From NCBI GenBank assembly GCA_016209605.1, contig JACQVS010000015.1:87-64086 (forward strand): a stretch of DNA of 64,000 bases, given 5' to 3'. Positions 19,581-28,430 of the stretch are shown here, piece by piece. Within the stretch, counting starts at the first letter, position 1. Each line of letters begins with the position of its first letter. This DNA is from Planctomycetota bacterium (lineage in GTDB: Bacteria > Planctomycetota > UBA8108 > JACQVS01). The position numbers and the translations under genes are program-made. A model generated the notes under the pieces. It was not told where the DNA came from. It ran no database searches and worked only from the letters and a program-made list of their open reading frames with translations.

Positions 19581-20492
19581 ATGACCGATTTTTTTCTCGC
19601 CCTCCTCCTCCTCGCCGGTTTCATGGCTTTAGGCGGCGGGTGGTCTCCAGCGGCCGCCTGGGGGCCCGGCATGCACATCCATCTCGGCCGCAGCCTGCTG
19701 CAGCGCTTGCGCAGGAGCCCCAAGCCGAGCGTGGAGCAGCAGCTCGTCCTTTACCACCCCGACCACTTCTATTACGGGAACATCGCCGCCGACATCATCA
19801 ATTTCAAGAACTTCGGCGGCATCAAGAACAACTGCCACAACTGGAACATCCACGAGCGCCTGCTTTCCGAGGTGACCACGGACACGGAGCGCGCCTTCGT
19901 CCTCGGCTACCTGTGCCACCTCGCCGCGGACGTGATCGCCCACAACCACTTCGTGCCGTTCCATCTGCTGCACAAACTGCCTCCTCGCTACCTCGGCCAT
20001 CCCTACTGGGAAGCGGTGGCCGACGGAACCGTCGGCGACGAGGATTGGAACATCATCGCCGCCCTCAAGCGCAACCGCAGGCTGCGGCGCAACGACCGCC
20101 TCATCCACCGCGCCGTCCGGCGGAAAGCGCTGGGCATGCGCTCCAACAAGTGGATCTTCAACAACATCACCCTGATCAGCCTGCGCAAGGCGTGGCGGGA
20201 GTTCATCCGCAAGGCCCACCAGAGGGAAAGACGCTACCCCCTGCACGGCGAATTTTTCAAGGCGTGCTGGACCCGCTGCTTCGAAGACATGCTGAAGGTC
20301 TTCGATGCCGATCAGCTCCTCATCCTCAAGCTGCAGGACCCCACCGGGCGCGGCGCCCTGCGAGGCGCCCTGCATCTGCGCCGCGAGCTGCTCCGGCACC
20401 ACCCGGACGCCGCCGAGGCGCGGCGGTATTCCATTCCCATGGCGCACACGGTATACTACGCCTTTTTCCCCTCTTCCGTGGAGAAGAGATGA
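19581..20492 (+). CDS. Zinc-dependent phospholipase C / S1-P1-like protein
   Basis: Signal peptide then W-G-P-G-M-H; GNIAAD; GYLCHLAADVIAHN; HPYWE. Confidence 0.85.
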   Translation: MTDFFLALLLLAGFMALGGGWSPAAAWGPGMHIHLGRSLLQRLRRSPKPSVEQQLVLYHPDHFYYGNIAADIINFKNFGGIKNNCHNWNIHERLLSEVTTDTERAFVLGYLCHLAADVIAHNHFVPFHLLHKLPPRYLGHPYWEAVADGTVGDEDWNIIAALKRNRRLRRNDRLIHRAVRRKALGMRSNKWIFNNITLISLRKAWREFIRKAHQRERRYPLHGEFFKACWTRCFEDMLKVFDADQLLILKLQDPTGRGALRGALHLRRELLRHHPDAAEARRYSIPMAHTVYYAFFPSSVEKR

Positions 20493-20515
20493 TCCAGAAA
20501 GAGGCCTAGCCATTC

Positions 20516-21598
20516 ATGGTTCAGAAACCGGACTTCCAGCTCGCTTCCGAATCCTGCATCGCGTCGACTCACCGCCGCAGGGCCCAGGGTTGGAGCCCGG
20601 CGGCCATCCTCGAGTTGGGCAGGGAAATCCTCGAGAAGGAGGCCCGAGCCATCCGGAAGAAGAAGGAGAGCCTCGGCCCCTCCTTCGTCAACCTGGCCGA
20701 GCGGCTGTTCAACCTGCGCGGCAAGACCGGCGTCACCGGGGTGGGGAAGTCGGGGATCATCGGCGAAAAGATCGCCGCCACCCTTTCCTCAACCGGCACG
20801 CCGGCCCTGTTCTTGAAGCCGGTCGACGCCCTGCACGGCGACCTGGGAGTCCTGCGCGGCGAGGACTACCTCATCGCCATCTCCAACAGCGGCGAAACCG
20901 CCGAGGTGCTGGCCGTGGTGGAGTCCGCCCGCGCGCTGGGGATCGGCGTGGCGGCCATGACCGGAAACCTCAACTCCTCCCTGGCGCGGGCGGCTGAAAT
21001 CGCCCTCGACATCGGCGTGGAGGTGGAGGCGTGCCCCCTGGACCTCGCCCCCACCGCCTCCACGACCGTCACCCTCGCCGTGGGCGATGCCCTTGCCATG
21101 GTGCTCCTCGAGATGCGCGGTTTCACCCCCGAGCAGTACGCCCGGTTCCATCCCGGCGGCCCCCTCGGCCAGAGATTGAAGCATCAAGTCAAGAACCTCA
21201 TGCGCAGCGGCGACAAGCTCCCCCTGGTGCGGTCAACCAGCACCCTGGCGGAGGCGCTGGCCGAGATGACCCAGCGAGAAAACCTGGGGGTGACGCTGGT
21301 CGTCGACCCGGAAGGCCTCCTGGCGGGCATCCTGACCGATGGTGATCTGCGGCGCATCCTTCTCAAGTCAAAGCTCCTCAAGTCAAAGGAAGGCGGCGGC
21401 CTCGAGCTTCAAAAGGCCGTCGGCGATTGCATGACGCGCCGCCCCAAGGTCATCGAGCCCGAGGCGCCGGTTTCGGAGGCGCTGCGGCTCATGGAAGTCC
21501 ACAGCATCACCTCCCTCGCCGTGATCAATCCGCTCTCCAGGCCGGTCGGCATCATCCACCTGCACGATATCCTGGGGCGAGGCAAGATTCTGCTTTGA
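20516..21598 (+). CDS. kdsD: Arabinose-5-phosphate isomerase (KpsF/GutQ; SIS plus 2 CBS)
   Basis: TGVGKSG, ALHGDLG, SNSGET, APTASTT, HPGGPLG, TDGDLRR. Confidence 0.93.
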   Translation: MVQKPDFQLASESCIASTHRRRAQGWSPAAILELGREILEKEARAIRKKKESLGPSFVNLAERLFNLRGKTGVTGVGKSGIIGEKIAATLSSTGTPALFLKPVDALHGDLGVLRGEDYLIAISNSGETAEVLAVVESARALGIGVAAMTGNLNSSLARAAEIALDIGVEVEACPLDLAPTASTTVTLAVGDALAMVLLEMRGFTPEQYARFHPGGPLGQRLKHQVKNLMRSGDKLPLVRSTSTLAEALAEMTQRENLGVTLVVDPEGLLAGILTDGDLRRILLKSKLLKSKEGGGLELQKAVGDCMTRRPKVIEPEAPVSEALRLMEVHSITSLAVINPLSRPVGIIHLHDILGRGKILL

Positions 21599-21622
21599 AA
21601 CGCCGGCTTTCTTGAATAACTG

Positions 21623-21674
21623 GCCTTTTGCACATTTTGCGAGCTGTCTGCAGCTTGGAAAATGTGCAAAAGGC
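21623..21674. repeat. Palindromic element copy A (perfect 16-bp arms); may serve as the kdsD terminator
   Basis: GCCTTTTGCACATTTT-N20-AAAATGTGCAAAAGGC. Confidence 0.8.
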
Positions 21675-21778
21675 TTTAATTTCACAGTTAATTATCGCCT
21701 ATGGACTTACAATTCGTATAATACCTGGAATTTCGGTGCGATCCCAGTTCATCTGGGATTAGTAAAAAATCCACTTAG

Positions 21779-21822
21779 CTTTTGCATATTTTTGCCCGCA
21801 GACAGTCAAAAATATGCAAAAG
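21779..21822. repeat. Palindromic element copy B, inverted relative to A
   Basis: CTTTTGCATATTTTTG-N12-CAAAAATATGCAAAAG; loop GCAGACAG is the reverse complement of CTGTCTGC in the loop of copy A. Confidence 0.8.
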
Positions 21823-21843
21823 TACAGAAAAGATGAGAGGCGC

Positions 21844-21993
21844 ATGAAAACCAACGTCAGAAAGTCGAACATCAAGCGGGAGAAGCGGGGCTTCCGGTAC
21901 CGCATGAAAACCCGCGGCGGCCGCCAGGTCATCAAGCGCCGCCGCGCGCTGGGACGCAAGCTGCCGGGCTTCAAGAAATCGCGAGGTAAATAA
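21844..21993 (+). CDS. rpmH: 50S ribosomal protein L34 (49 aa; absent from the ORF track)
   Basis: Manual translation MKTNVRKSNIKREKRGFRYRMKTRGGRQVIKRRRALGRKLPGFKKSRGK; GAGG Shine-Dalgarno. Confidence 0.93.
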   Translation: MKTNVRKSNIKREKRGFRYRMKTRGGRQVIKRRRALGRKLPGFKKSRGK

Positions 21994-22327
21994 AAAGAGC
22001 ATCCCGCCGTGTTAGAGCCTATTTCAGTAGACCATTCGGCCGCTCTTTTGAAGGCACGGGGCCGGCTGCGAAGACGCCATACTGCGTTGGGCCCCGCCGG
22101 TCGAATGCTCCGCATTCGCCTCCGGGCGGCCCTCGCAGCCACCAGCCTTCGGCCGGTGCCGGCTGCTCCGGGCGCTCGCTCCTACGCCAGCTCGGAGCTC
22201 GCCCTCGCCTTATTTCTCCGGTTAATAAGGCTGCGTCGGCCCGCCTTGTCTGGCGCCTTCTCGCTCGGCCTCGGGCCTCGAAGCGCCTACCGAAACAGGC
22301 TCTTATTCCCGGCGGGATGCTCTTTTT
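21992..22327. terminator. Bidirectional intrinsic terminator between rpmH and the actin gene, interrupted by a MITE
   Basis: Perfect 18-bp arms AAAAAGAGCATCCCGCCG (21992-22009) and CGGCGGGATGCTCTTTTT (22310-22327). Confidence 0.8.
22015..22302. mobile_element. 288-bp non-autonomous MITE with IS5-family-like ends
   Basis: TIRs GAGCCTATTTCAGTAG / CTACCGAAACAGGCTC (14/16 match); TTA direct repeat at 22012-22014 and 22303-22305; no transposase. Confidence 0.82.
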
Positions 22328-22354
22328 CTGGTTCGAGTCAGGGTGGTTCAGTTC

Positions 22355-23551
22355 TTAGAAGGGCACCTGCCACTGATCGTCACGGACGTTTTCCGCAATC
22401 TTCAGGGCGCCGCGCGCCACCAGGTGCTTGTAATCGGCTGGCTTCAGGGTCGTGGCCTCGTCGAAGCCATCGTTCCTCAAGGCCTCCTGCACGCGCTCGC
22501 AGATGCCGTCGATCTGGCTGCCTCCGCCGGTGAGGATGATGTTCTGGAGGACCTTCTCGGTGACATCCGAGTCGCAGCGCTTGAGGAGAGTCTTCACGCC
22601 ATTCACGAGGTCGGGGACCAGCGCCTCGCAAGCCTCATGGATCAGCTCCCCGAAATCGAGCTGCTGCGGCCGGCCATCGACGTAAACCTTGACCATGGCG
22701 TGGCGGACGCCCTCGCCCACGTAGGAGTGCTTCTCCTTGAGCTGGGTCAAGGTGACGCGGGTGAGCTTGAGGTCGGGATACCGCCGCTGCACCAGCTGGA
22801 AGAGGTTTTCATCGATGAAGTTGCCGGCCTTGGCGAAGCTGATCTGGTCTTCCTCGGTAGGGAAATAGCCGCGCACCAGGCAAAGGTCGGTGGTGCCGGC
22901 GCCGATGTCGACGATCAGCGAATGCTTGGTAGGGTCGCTGGCGGCGCCGTTTTTCTTGAAACCCGCATCGTCGCGCAGGCCCATGGCCGCCAGGAACGGC
23001 TCGGGAACGACCACCATGCGGTCGAGCACGCCGACCATGGCGGCGCGGATCTCCTTCAGGCGCTCGGGCGTGGCGTGCGCGGGGGATCCGACGACGCCCC
23101 ACAACCGGTGCTCGCCCTTGGGATCGATCATCCTGCGGAGATGGGCCGTGAACTGCTTGCACACGTTCACATCGTCGACAAAGCCGTCCTTGAGCGGCCA
23201 TTTCAGGTCGAGATGGATTCGGAAGTCCAAGGCCTCCTCGCCGAAGAGCACTTCAGCGTCCGAGGGCAGGATCCCGGGAATGATGCCGGCCTTGGGATAG
23301 CCGACCAGACTGAGGAGGAAGTCCTGGTCGTGAGGGAGCGGCTTGCCGTCCTGACTGACCTGAAACACGGTGGTGTTCGTGCCCAGGTCGATTCCGACCC
23401 GCAGCGCGGTGCCGGCTGCCGCCATGGCCCTGCCTTCTGCCGCCATGGTACTGCCTTCCTTCATGCTGGCGGGGCTGCAAAGATTATCCTTCTCGGCAGG
23501 ATTGTCGAGAGACTCGGAAAACTTGGATTTGAGGGTGGCGATTTTGGGCAT
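22355..23551 (-). CDS. MamK-like bacterial actin
   Basis: GIDLGT, SLVGYPK, PEPFLAAMG, IVDIGAGTTDLC, EDQISFAKAGNFID, ACEALVPD, VLQNIILTGGGSQI, RGALKIAE; several SD-preceded ATGs possible. Confidence 0.85.
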   Translation of the reverse strand: MPKIATLKSKFSESLDNPAEKDNLCSPASMKEGSTMAAEGRAMAAAGTALRVGIDLGTNTTVFQVSQDGKPLPHDQDFLLSLVGYPKAGIIPGILPSDAEVLFGEEALDFRIHLDLKWPLKDGFVDDVNVCKQFTAHLRRMIDPKGEHRLWGVVGSPAHATPERLKEIRAAMVGVLDRMVVVPEPFLAAMGLRDDAGFKKNGAASDPTKHSLIVDIGAGTTDLCLVRGYFPTEEDQISFAKAGNFIDENLFQLVQRRYPDLKLTRVTLTQLKEKHSYVGEGVRHAMVKVYVDGRPQQLDFGELIHEACEALVPDLVNGVKTLLKRCDSDVTEKVLQNIILTGGGSQIDGICERVQEALRNDGFDEATTLKPADYKHLVARGALKIAENVRDDQWQVPF

Positions 23552-23883
23552 GGAGGTCCTTCCTTGCATCGGTTGAACTGGAATGGAAACCTGATTCACT
23601 ACCTTCACTTTCACAACGACATTCAAGGCCGGCTTGGAGGGATGGATTGGGCAACAAGCCTGCCCGTCTCACCGTCTCCGCAACGGAGCCTGGAGGGGCC
23701 AGGATTTAGGTTGATCGTGCCGGTAATCTGGACTTCCCGAACTTCCAGTTTACGATTCAAATCTGGACGATCCGGTTCGTTCCGGGAAAACGCCGGAGGC
23801 CGCCCCGGTAAATTCTCGGTAAATTTTCTGATTTTTTCGGATCTTCACGCTTCCAAGATTCCAGAACAAATGTCTTTTTTTGG

Positions 23884-23940
23884 TGCTATAATGAAACCCA
23901 ACTCGGCCGAAATCTCGTTCTTGAAAAAAAATTCGGCCGA
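23884..23940 (+). promoter_or_regulatory. Extended -10 promoter followed by two palindromic operator-like boxes
   Basis: TGCTATAAT at 23884-23892; TCGGCCGA at 23903 and 23933. Confidence 0.55.
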
Positions 23941-24031
23941 GCCAAAATCACTTTGACCAACTTCTGGACACCATCGGAAAATACAAACTCGGTTTGTAGG
24001 CAAATTTACTGGTGCGTTCATGGTCTTCTGG

Positions 24032-24748
24032 ATGAGCAAGGAATTGACTTGCCCGATGTGCCTATCCCGGCTGTCGGGCCGGGAAGTCGGTGGAGGTTTC
24101 GCGCTGGGTCAAGACTCGGATCTGCTCGTGCGCATGAAAGGAAAGCACATCATCCAAGCGGAAATCCATTCGTGCCAGACCTGCCGCTTCTCCGGCTTCG
24201 CCAGGGATTTTTCCATCAACAGCACGCCTGAAATGGGCGTCGAGTTCCGCACCCGGGTGACGCCTCTCCTCGCCACTGCTCCGAGCGTCCCGCCGGCGGC
24301 GCCGTTTCCGGATATCCAGTATTACTGGGCCTATCACTCCGCTGATTTCCTGAAACGCCCCTCGCTGGCGCTGGGCCTGCTGCTCCTGAGAGCCTACTGG
24401 TGCCTGCGCCTTCCCCCCACCTCCAACCTTCCCGCCACGGAACTGGACATGCGCCGGGAGCGGTACTTGCCGGCCTGCGTCGAACACTTGCGCCAGTCCC
24501 TGCGCGGCAGCCGCAATCCCCATCTCTACTATCTGCTGGGGGAGCTCTGCCGGCGCTTGGAGATGTTCGAGGACTCGGTCGCATACTTCGAGAAATTCCT
24601 CCGCCGGCCGGCGGCAGCCCGCTATCTGCAGCTGGCGACCCTGAAGCTGATGGCGGCAGCGCGCGAGCGCGATGGGCGCGAGCGCACCATGGAGGAGATT
24701 TTGTACGATCACAAATCCAAGGAATTTTACGATTCACTTTCCGAATAG
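24032..24748 (+). CDS. DUF2225-like Zn-ribbon/TPR protein
   Basis: TCPMC...DSDL...SCQTCRFSG, LRAYW, YLLGELCRRL. Confidence 0.8.
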   Translation: MSKELTCPMCLSRLSGREVGGGFALGQDSDLLVRMKGKHIIQAEIHSCQTCRFSGFARDFSINSTPEMGVEFRTRVTPLLATAPSVPPAAPFPDIQYYWAYHSADFLKRPSLALGLLLLRAYWCLRLPPTSNLPATELDMRRERYLPACVEHLRQSLRGSRNPHLYYLLGELCRRLEMFEDSVAYFEKFLRRPAAARYLQLATLKLMAAARERDGRERTMEEILYDHKSKEFYDSLSE

Positions 24749-24761
24749 GGAGGAGAAGGAC

Positions 24762-25085
24762 ATGGGGGAGTACCAAGACCTGGTCAAGTCCGAAGCCAAG
24801 AAATTTCTGGAGGGCTGCCTGCCGGAGTTCGAAAACGACGCCGGCGATTTCGGGGGCAAGTCCAACCTGCCCAACTTCGCCAAGTGGGTGGACCGCACCG
24901 CCAAGCTCAATCAGGTGATCGACGGATTGGTCTCCAAGTGGAGCCGCAAGGAGTTCCAGTGGGTACAGTCGAACACCCGCAATCCCAGCAGCCAGGGCGG
25001 CGACCCGAAATCAAACTGCTACGGCAGCGTGTACTCGGATATCCTGCACGAGATCAAGAAACTGAAGAAGCAGAAAGGAACATAG
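24762..25085 (+). CDS. Hypothetical protein (107 aa)
   Basis: Strong GGAGG/AAGGA Shine-Dalgarno; 13 bp after the DUF2225-like gene; host-like codon usage. Confidence 0.8.
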   Translation: MGEYQDLVKSEAKKFLEGCLPEFENDAGDFGGKSNLPNFAKWVDRTAKLNQVIDGLVSKWSRKEFQWVQSNTRNPSSQGGDPKSNCYGSVYSDILHEIKKLKKQKGT

Positions 25086-25113
25086 TGCGCTGACGCGCGT
25101 GTTCAGGGGTAAG

Positions 25114-26142
25114 TTAGACCTGGTTCAGCCGATCGATCAGCTGGCGCAGCCGGCCCAGGCTGCGGCGGTTGAAGGAAAACACCAGGCGCGGCAGGCGGGA
25201 CAGCTCGGGGCGGTCGTTCTCCTCCGGCAGCGCCATGGCCAGCTCGAAGCGCCCATGGCTCAGGAGATCGGCGAAGCGCTCGTTGATCTCCTCCAGCAGC
25301 GCCGCCCCCACCGGTCGATCGAGGCGGATGACATACTGGTCGCGAACGAAGCGCGAGGAATGGTAGTTCCGGTAAAAGCGGGTGATTTCCTCGCAAGCCT
25401 CATCCAGATCGTCGGTGATCTTGAACAAGCTCATGTCCTCGGGATCGATGAGCTGGGCCTTCAAGAGGTGGTCGTCGAGGTAGCCCTGCCAGCCTTTCCA
25501 GAAGCTCCCCCCCGGCTGGTCGATGAACACCAGCGGCATGGGATCGCACTTGCCGGTCTGGAGCAGGGTCAAGGACTCGAAGGCTTCATCGTGGGTGCCG
25601 AAACCGCCCGGAAAGATGGCGATAGCCGAGGTCTCCTTCACGAAAATCACCTTGCGGGTGAAGAAGTACTTGAAATTGATGAGCTTGGGGTCGCCGCGGA
25701 TGGTCTCGTTGGCCGGCTGCTCCATGGGCAATCGGATGTTCACCCCGAAGCTCCGCTCCCGGCCGGCGCCTCCCTGAGCGGCCGCCATGATCCCGCCGCC
25801 GGCGCCGGTTATGACCATGTATCCCAGACGCGACATGCGGTTGGCGAACTCGAAGGCGTGGCGGTAAACCGCCTCCTGGGGACCGGTGCGCGCCGAGCCG
25901 AAGATGCTGACCTTGCGATACTGGCGGTAAGGCGCGAAGACCTTGAAGGCATAGCGGAGCTCTTTGAGCGAGCTGAGAAGGATCTTGAGGTCGCCGCGCC
26001 CGGGTTTCTCCTGCGCCAGCTTGAGCCCCGTGGCGAGCAGGTCGACGAAGAGGAGGTTGTCAGGGTGGTCGCCGATCTGATCGGTGAAGCCCCGGAGGGC
26101 TTCCAGGAGATTGCGAACGGAGATCTCGGTTTCAGGGCTCAT
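25114..26142 (-). CDS. LOG-family nucleotide phosphoribohydrolase (long form)
   Basis: SIFGSART, ITGAGGGIM, FKYFFTRK, FPGGFGTHDE. Confidence 0.9.
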   Translation of the reverse strand: MSPETEISVRNLLEALRGFTDQIGDHPDNLLFVDLLATGLKLAQEKPGRGDLKILLSSLKELRYAFKVFAPYRQYRKVSIFGSARTGPQEAVYRHAFEFANRMSRLGYMVITGAGGGIMAAAQGGAGRERSFGVNIRLPMEQPANETIRGDPKLINFKYFFTRKVIFVKETSAIAIFPGGFGTHDEAFESLTLLQTGKCDPMPLVFIDQPGGSFWKGWQGYLDDHLLKAQLIDPEDMSLFKITDDLDEACEEITRFYRNYHSSRFVRDQYVIRLDRPVGAALLEEINERFADLLSHGRFELAMALPEENDRPELSRLPRLVFSFNRRSLGRLRQLIDRLNQV

Positions 26143-26225
26143 TAACAATAAAATTCTTCAGCCGTCCGGGCTGTTCAAAGAACTAGCATAATAGTCTTAC
26201 GGCTTACTGACCCGCCAACTTTTGG

Positions 26226-28430
26226 TCAAATCCCCGGCTCGATCGACAAGATCCGGTAATTTTCCTTGCCGCTCGGCAGCTGGACGTTGACCTCGTCATT
26301 GATCTTGAGCCCCAGGAACATCCGGCCTATGGGGGAGCGGTAGCTGATGACCCCGTCATCGGGATTGCCATCCCAAGGCCCGAGGATCCGGTAAACCTGG
26401 TTCTTGCCGGTCTGAATGTTGAGGAAGGTCACCTTGGAGCCCAGGGTCACCTCCCCCTCCTTCAACATGCTGCGCGTGATCAGGCGAGCCCGGTTCAGCT
26501 CGGCGCGGATTTCGGTCGCTTTCTTGGTGAGAAAGTCGCGGCTTTCCAGCGCCGCGCTGTACTCGGCATTCTCGCTGAGATCGCCGAAAGACGCGGCCCG
26601 GCCGATGTCGCGAAAGTTTTCCGGCAGCTTGACCTCCATGATCTCTCGCAGCTCCTCATGGCGCTTCTTCAATCCGGCCTCGGTGACATAGATGGTGTTT
26701 TCCTCCCAGACCGGCACATCCTGCGGCCGGGTCACCTCCGGCATGGTGCGCGTGATGATGTCCAGGGCCTCGATGCGCAAGGCTTCGCTGAGGCCGCTCG
26801 AGATCAGGATGCGCTCGTAAAGAGAGCGGCCCTTGACGCGGTCGAGGTCCTTCAAGACGCGGCGCAGCAAATCGTGGGAACGAGCGCCGATCAGGCTGCG
26901 GGCGCGAGCCAGCGCCTCTTTGGTGAGCTCTTTCCCCTCCCGCTCCCCCTTGCGCGCCAGGTGGTCCAGGAGATCCAGAATGCGTTCGAGAAGCTCGACG
27001 GGAGTCAGCTCGCTGACGGCGGCGAAGATCTCATCCTGGGCCCCATCTATACTCTTCCGCGCCGCCCAGACGAACAGGTCCGGAGCCATGCGAGGACCCC
27101 GCACCACCTCCGCGATGCGGCTGGCGATGCGATCGCGCCAGGGCTCCTTCCGGGACAGCTCGCAGATGGAGTCGCGGATGCTGTCGCTCCCGGCGGTCAA
27201 AAGGGCCAGGGCCGCCTCGGGCCACTTTTCCTTGACGACCTGCGGCAGGACCGCCATCGCCATACGTTGCTCCTCGCCGCCCTCGATTTTACAGACCATT
27301 TTTTGGGGATCGGAGCAGGTTTGCAGGGCGCACAAGAGAATGGAGCTGTTGGCAATCGGGGCTCCAAGGTTGAATTTTTCGAGCAATATGGCCGCTTCGA
27401 TGGCCTGCGGGCCGATCGCCTCTCTCACCACCCGCTGCAGATCCGCCGTGATCACCTCGTGCAAACGGGGATGGACCTTGCCCCGCTCCCGGAACACCTT
27501 CTTGGCGAGCGAGCGCCGCCCGCTCCAATCGCTCTTCTGGAAGGCCTTGAGGAGGTCCTCTTCATAGGAAACAGCCTGCTTCAGCCGCTCGACCGCGAAG
27601 GGGGCGGCATCTTGAATGCGGTAAAAGCCGGAAGCGCGGAGCAGCTTCTTGGCGCGGCCCCACCACTTCGACCAGTCATCGCTCGCGACCACCGCCGGGA
27701 TCAGATGGGACTTGATCGCCTTCAGCTCCAGCGGATTGCCGTAGCTATTGATCACCGTGTCGATCAGCGCCACCGGATCCGCTTCGCGCATTTCCTTCAG
27801 CCGCTCGCTTCCTTTGAACTTCAAGACCAGGAGATGGTCCTCGTGCAAAGGCTCGAGGATGGTCTTCAGGGCCTCAAGGGTGACGCGGTGATTGGGCTTC
27901 TTCTCCAGATTGACGGTGGCCTGGCGGAGGATGGGATCGATGGCGGTGATCTGGCCGGTCCCCCAGCCGGCGGGATGGTGGACGTAGGTGCCCTCGCGAA
28001 AGCGCAGGAACCGGTCCAGGTCATGAAAGGCCTTTTTGAGGTCGCCGGCTTTCTCCAGCCCCGACAGCTCCAGGTAAACCGTCTCCAGGGAAGCGCTTCC
28101 GTAGGCTTCGCGCCACAGGGAAATGAAGCGCTGGCGCAGATCGACGGAGGAGGGCGAGGCGAAGCACTGCAGGCGCAGGAAGCCCAGAAAGGCGCGGGGA
28201 TCGACCCGTTTTTCATACAGGGGGGCGGTAAGATCGAGGAGCACCTCGGCCTTTTCCAGCTGCGCCGCCTGAATCAGGCCGTCGGCGGCTTCCAGAAAGA
28301 CCGCCAGGTCCGGCGGGGTGTTGCCCGCCGCCCCTTCAATGGCCGACACCCACAGCGACTCCAACGTCTGAAATTCTCTCCGCCCGAGCAAGTCGCGAAA
28401 TTGAGTCCGAAGGTCGCCTTCATTTTTCAT
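26226..28430 (-). CDS. greA: Transcription elongation factor GreA with ~570-aa N-terminal extension
   Basis: C-terminal FGDLSENAEYSAA, VTLGSKV, ILGPWD, ISYRSPIG; internal VHHPAGWGTG. Confidence 0.9.
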   Translation of the reverse strand: MKNEGDLRTQFRDLLGRREFQTLESLWVSAIEGAAGNTPPDLAVFLEAADGLIQAAQLEKAEVLLDLTAPLYEKRVDPRAFLGFLRLQCFASPSSVDLRQRFISLWREAYGSASLETVYLELSGLEKAGDLKKAFHDLDRFLRFREGTYVHHPAGWGTGQITAIDPILRQATVNLEKKPNHRVTLEALKTILEPLHEDHLLVLKFKGSERLKEMREADPVALIDTVINSYGNPLELKAIKSHLIPAVVASDDWSKWWGRAKKLLRASGFYRIQDAAPFAVERLKQAVSYEEDLLKAFQKSDWSGRRSLAKKVFRERGKVHPRLHEVITADLQRVVREAIGPQAIEAAILLEKFNLGAPIANSSILLCALQTCSDPQKMVCKIEGGEEQRMAMAVLPQVVKEKWPEAALALLTAGSDSIRDSICELSRKEPWRDRIASRIAEVVRGPRMAPDLFVWAARKSIDGAQDEIFAAVSELTPVELLERILDLLDHLARKGEREGKELTKEALARARSLIGARSHDLLRRVLKDLDRVKGRSLYERILISSGLSEALRIEALDIITRTMPEVTRPQDVPVWEENTIYVTEAGLKKRHEELREIMEVKLPENFRDIGRAASFGDLSENAEYSAALESRDFLTKKATEIRAELNRARLITRSMLKEGEVTLGSKVTFLNIQTGKNQVYRILGPWDGNPDDGVISYRSPIGRMFLGLKINDEVNVQLPSGKENYRILSIEPGI

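Noticed and set aside
21600-21843. oriC next to rpmH
   Set aside because: No TTATCCACA-type DnaA box cluster and no dnaA/dnaN seen
22009-22533. 174-aa ORF after rpmH as a possible rnpA or transposase
   Set aside because: No RnpA or DDE motifs; spans the MITE and overlaps the actin gene
22355-25085. Magnetosome gene island
   Set aside because: Only the actin is MamK-like; neighbours do not resemble Mam proteins
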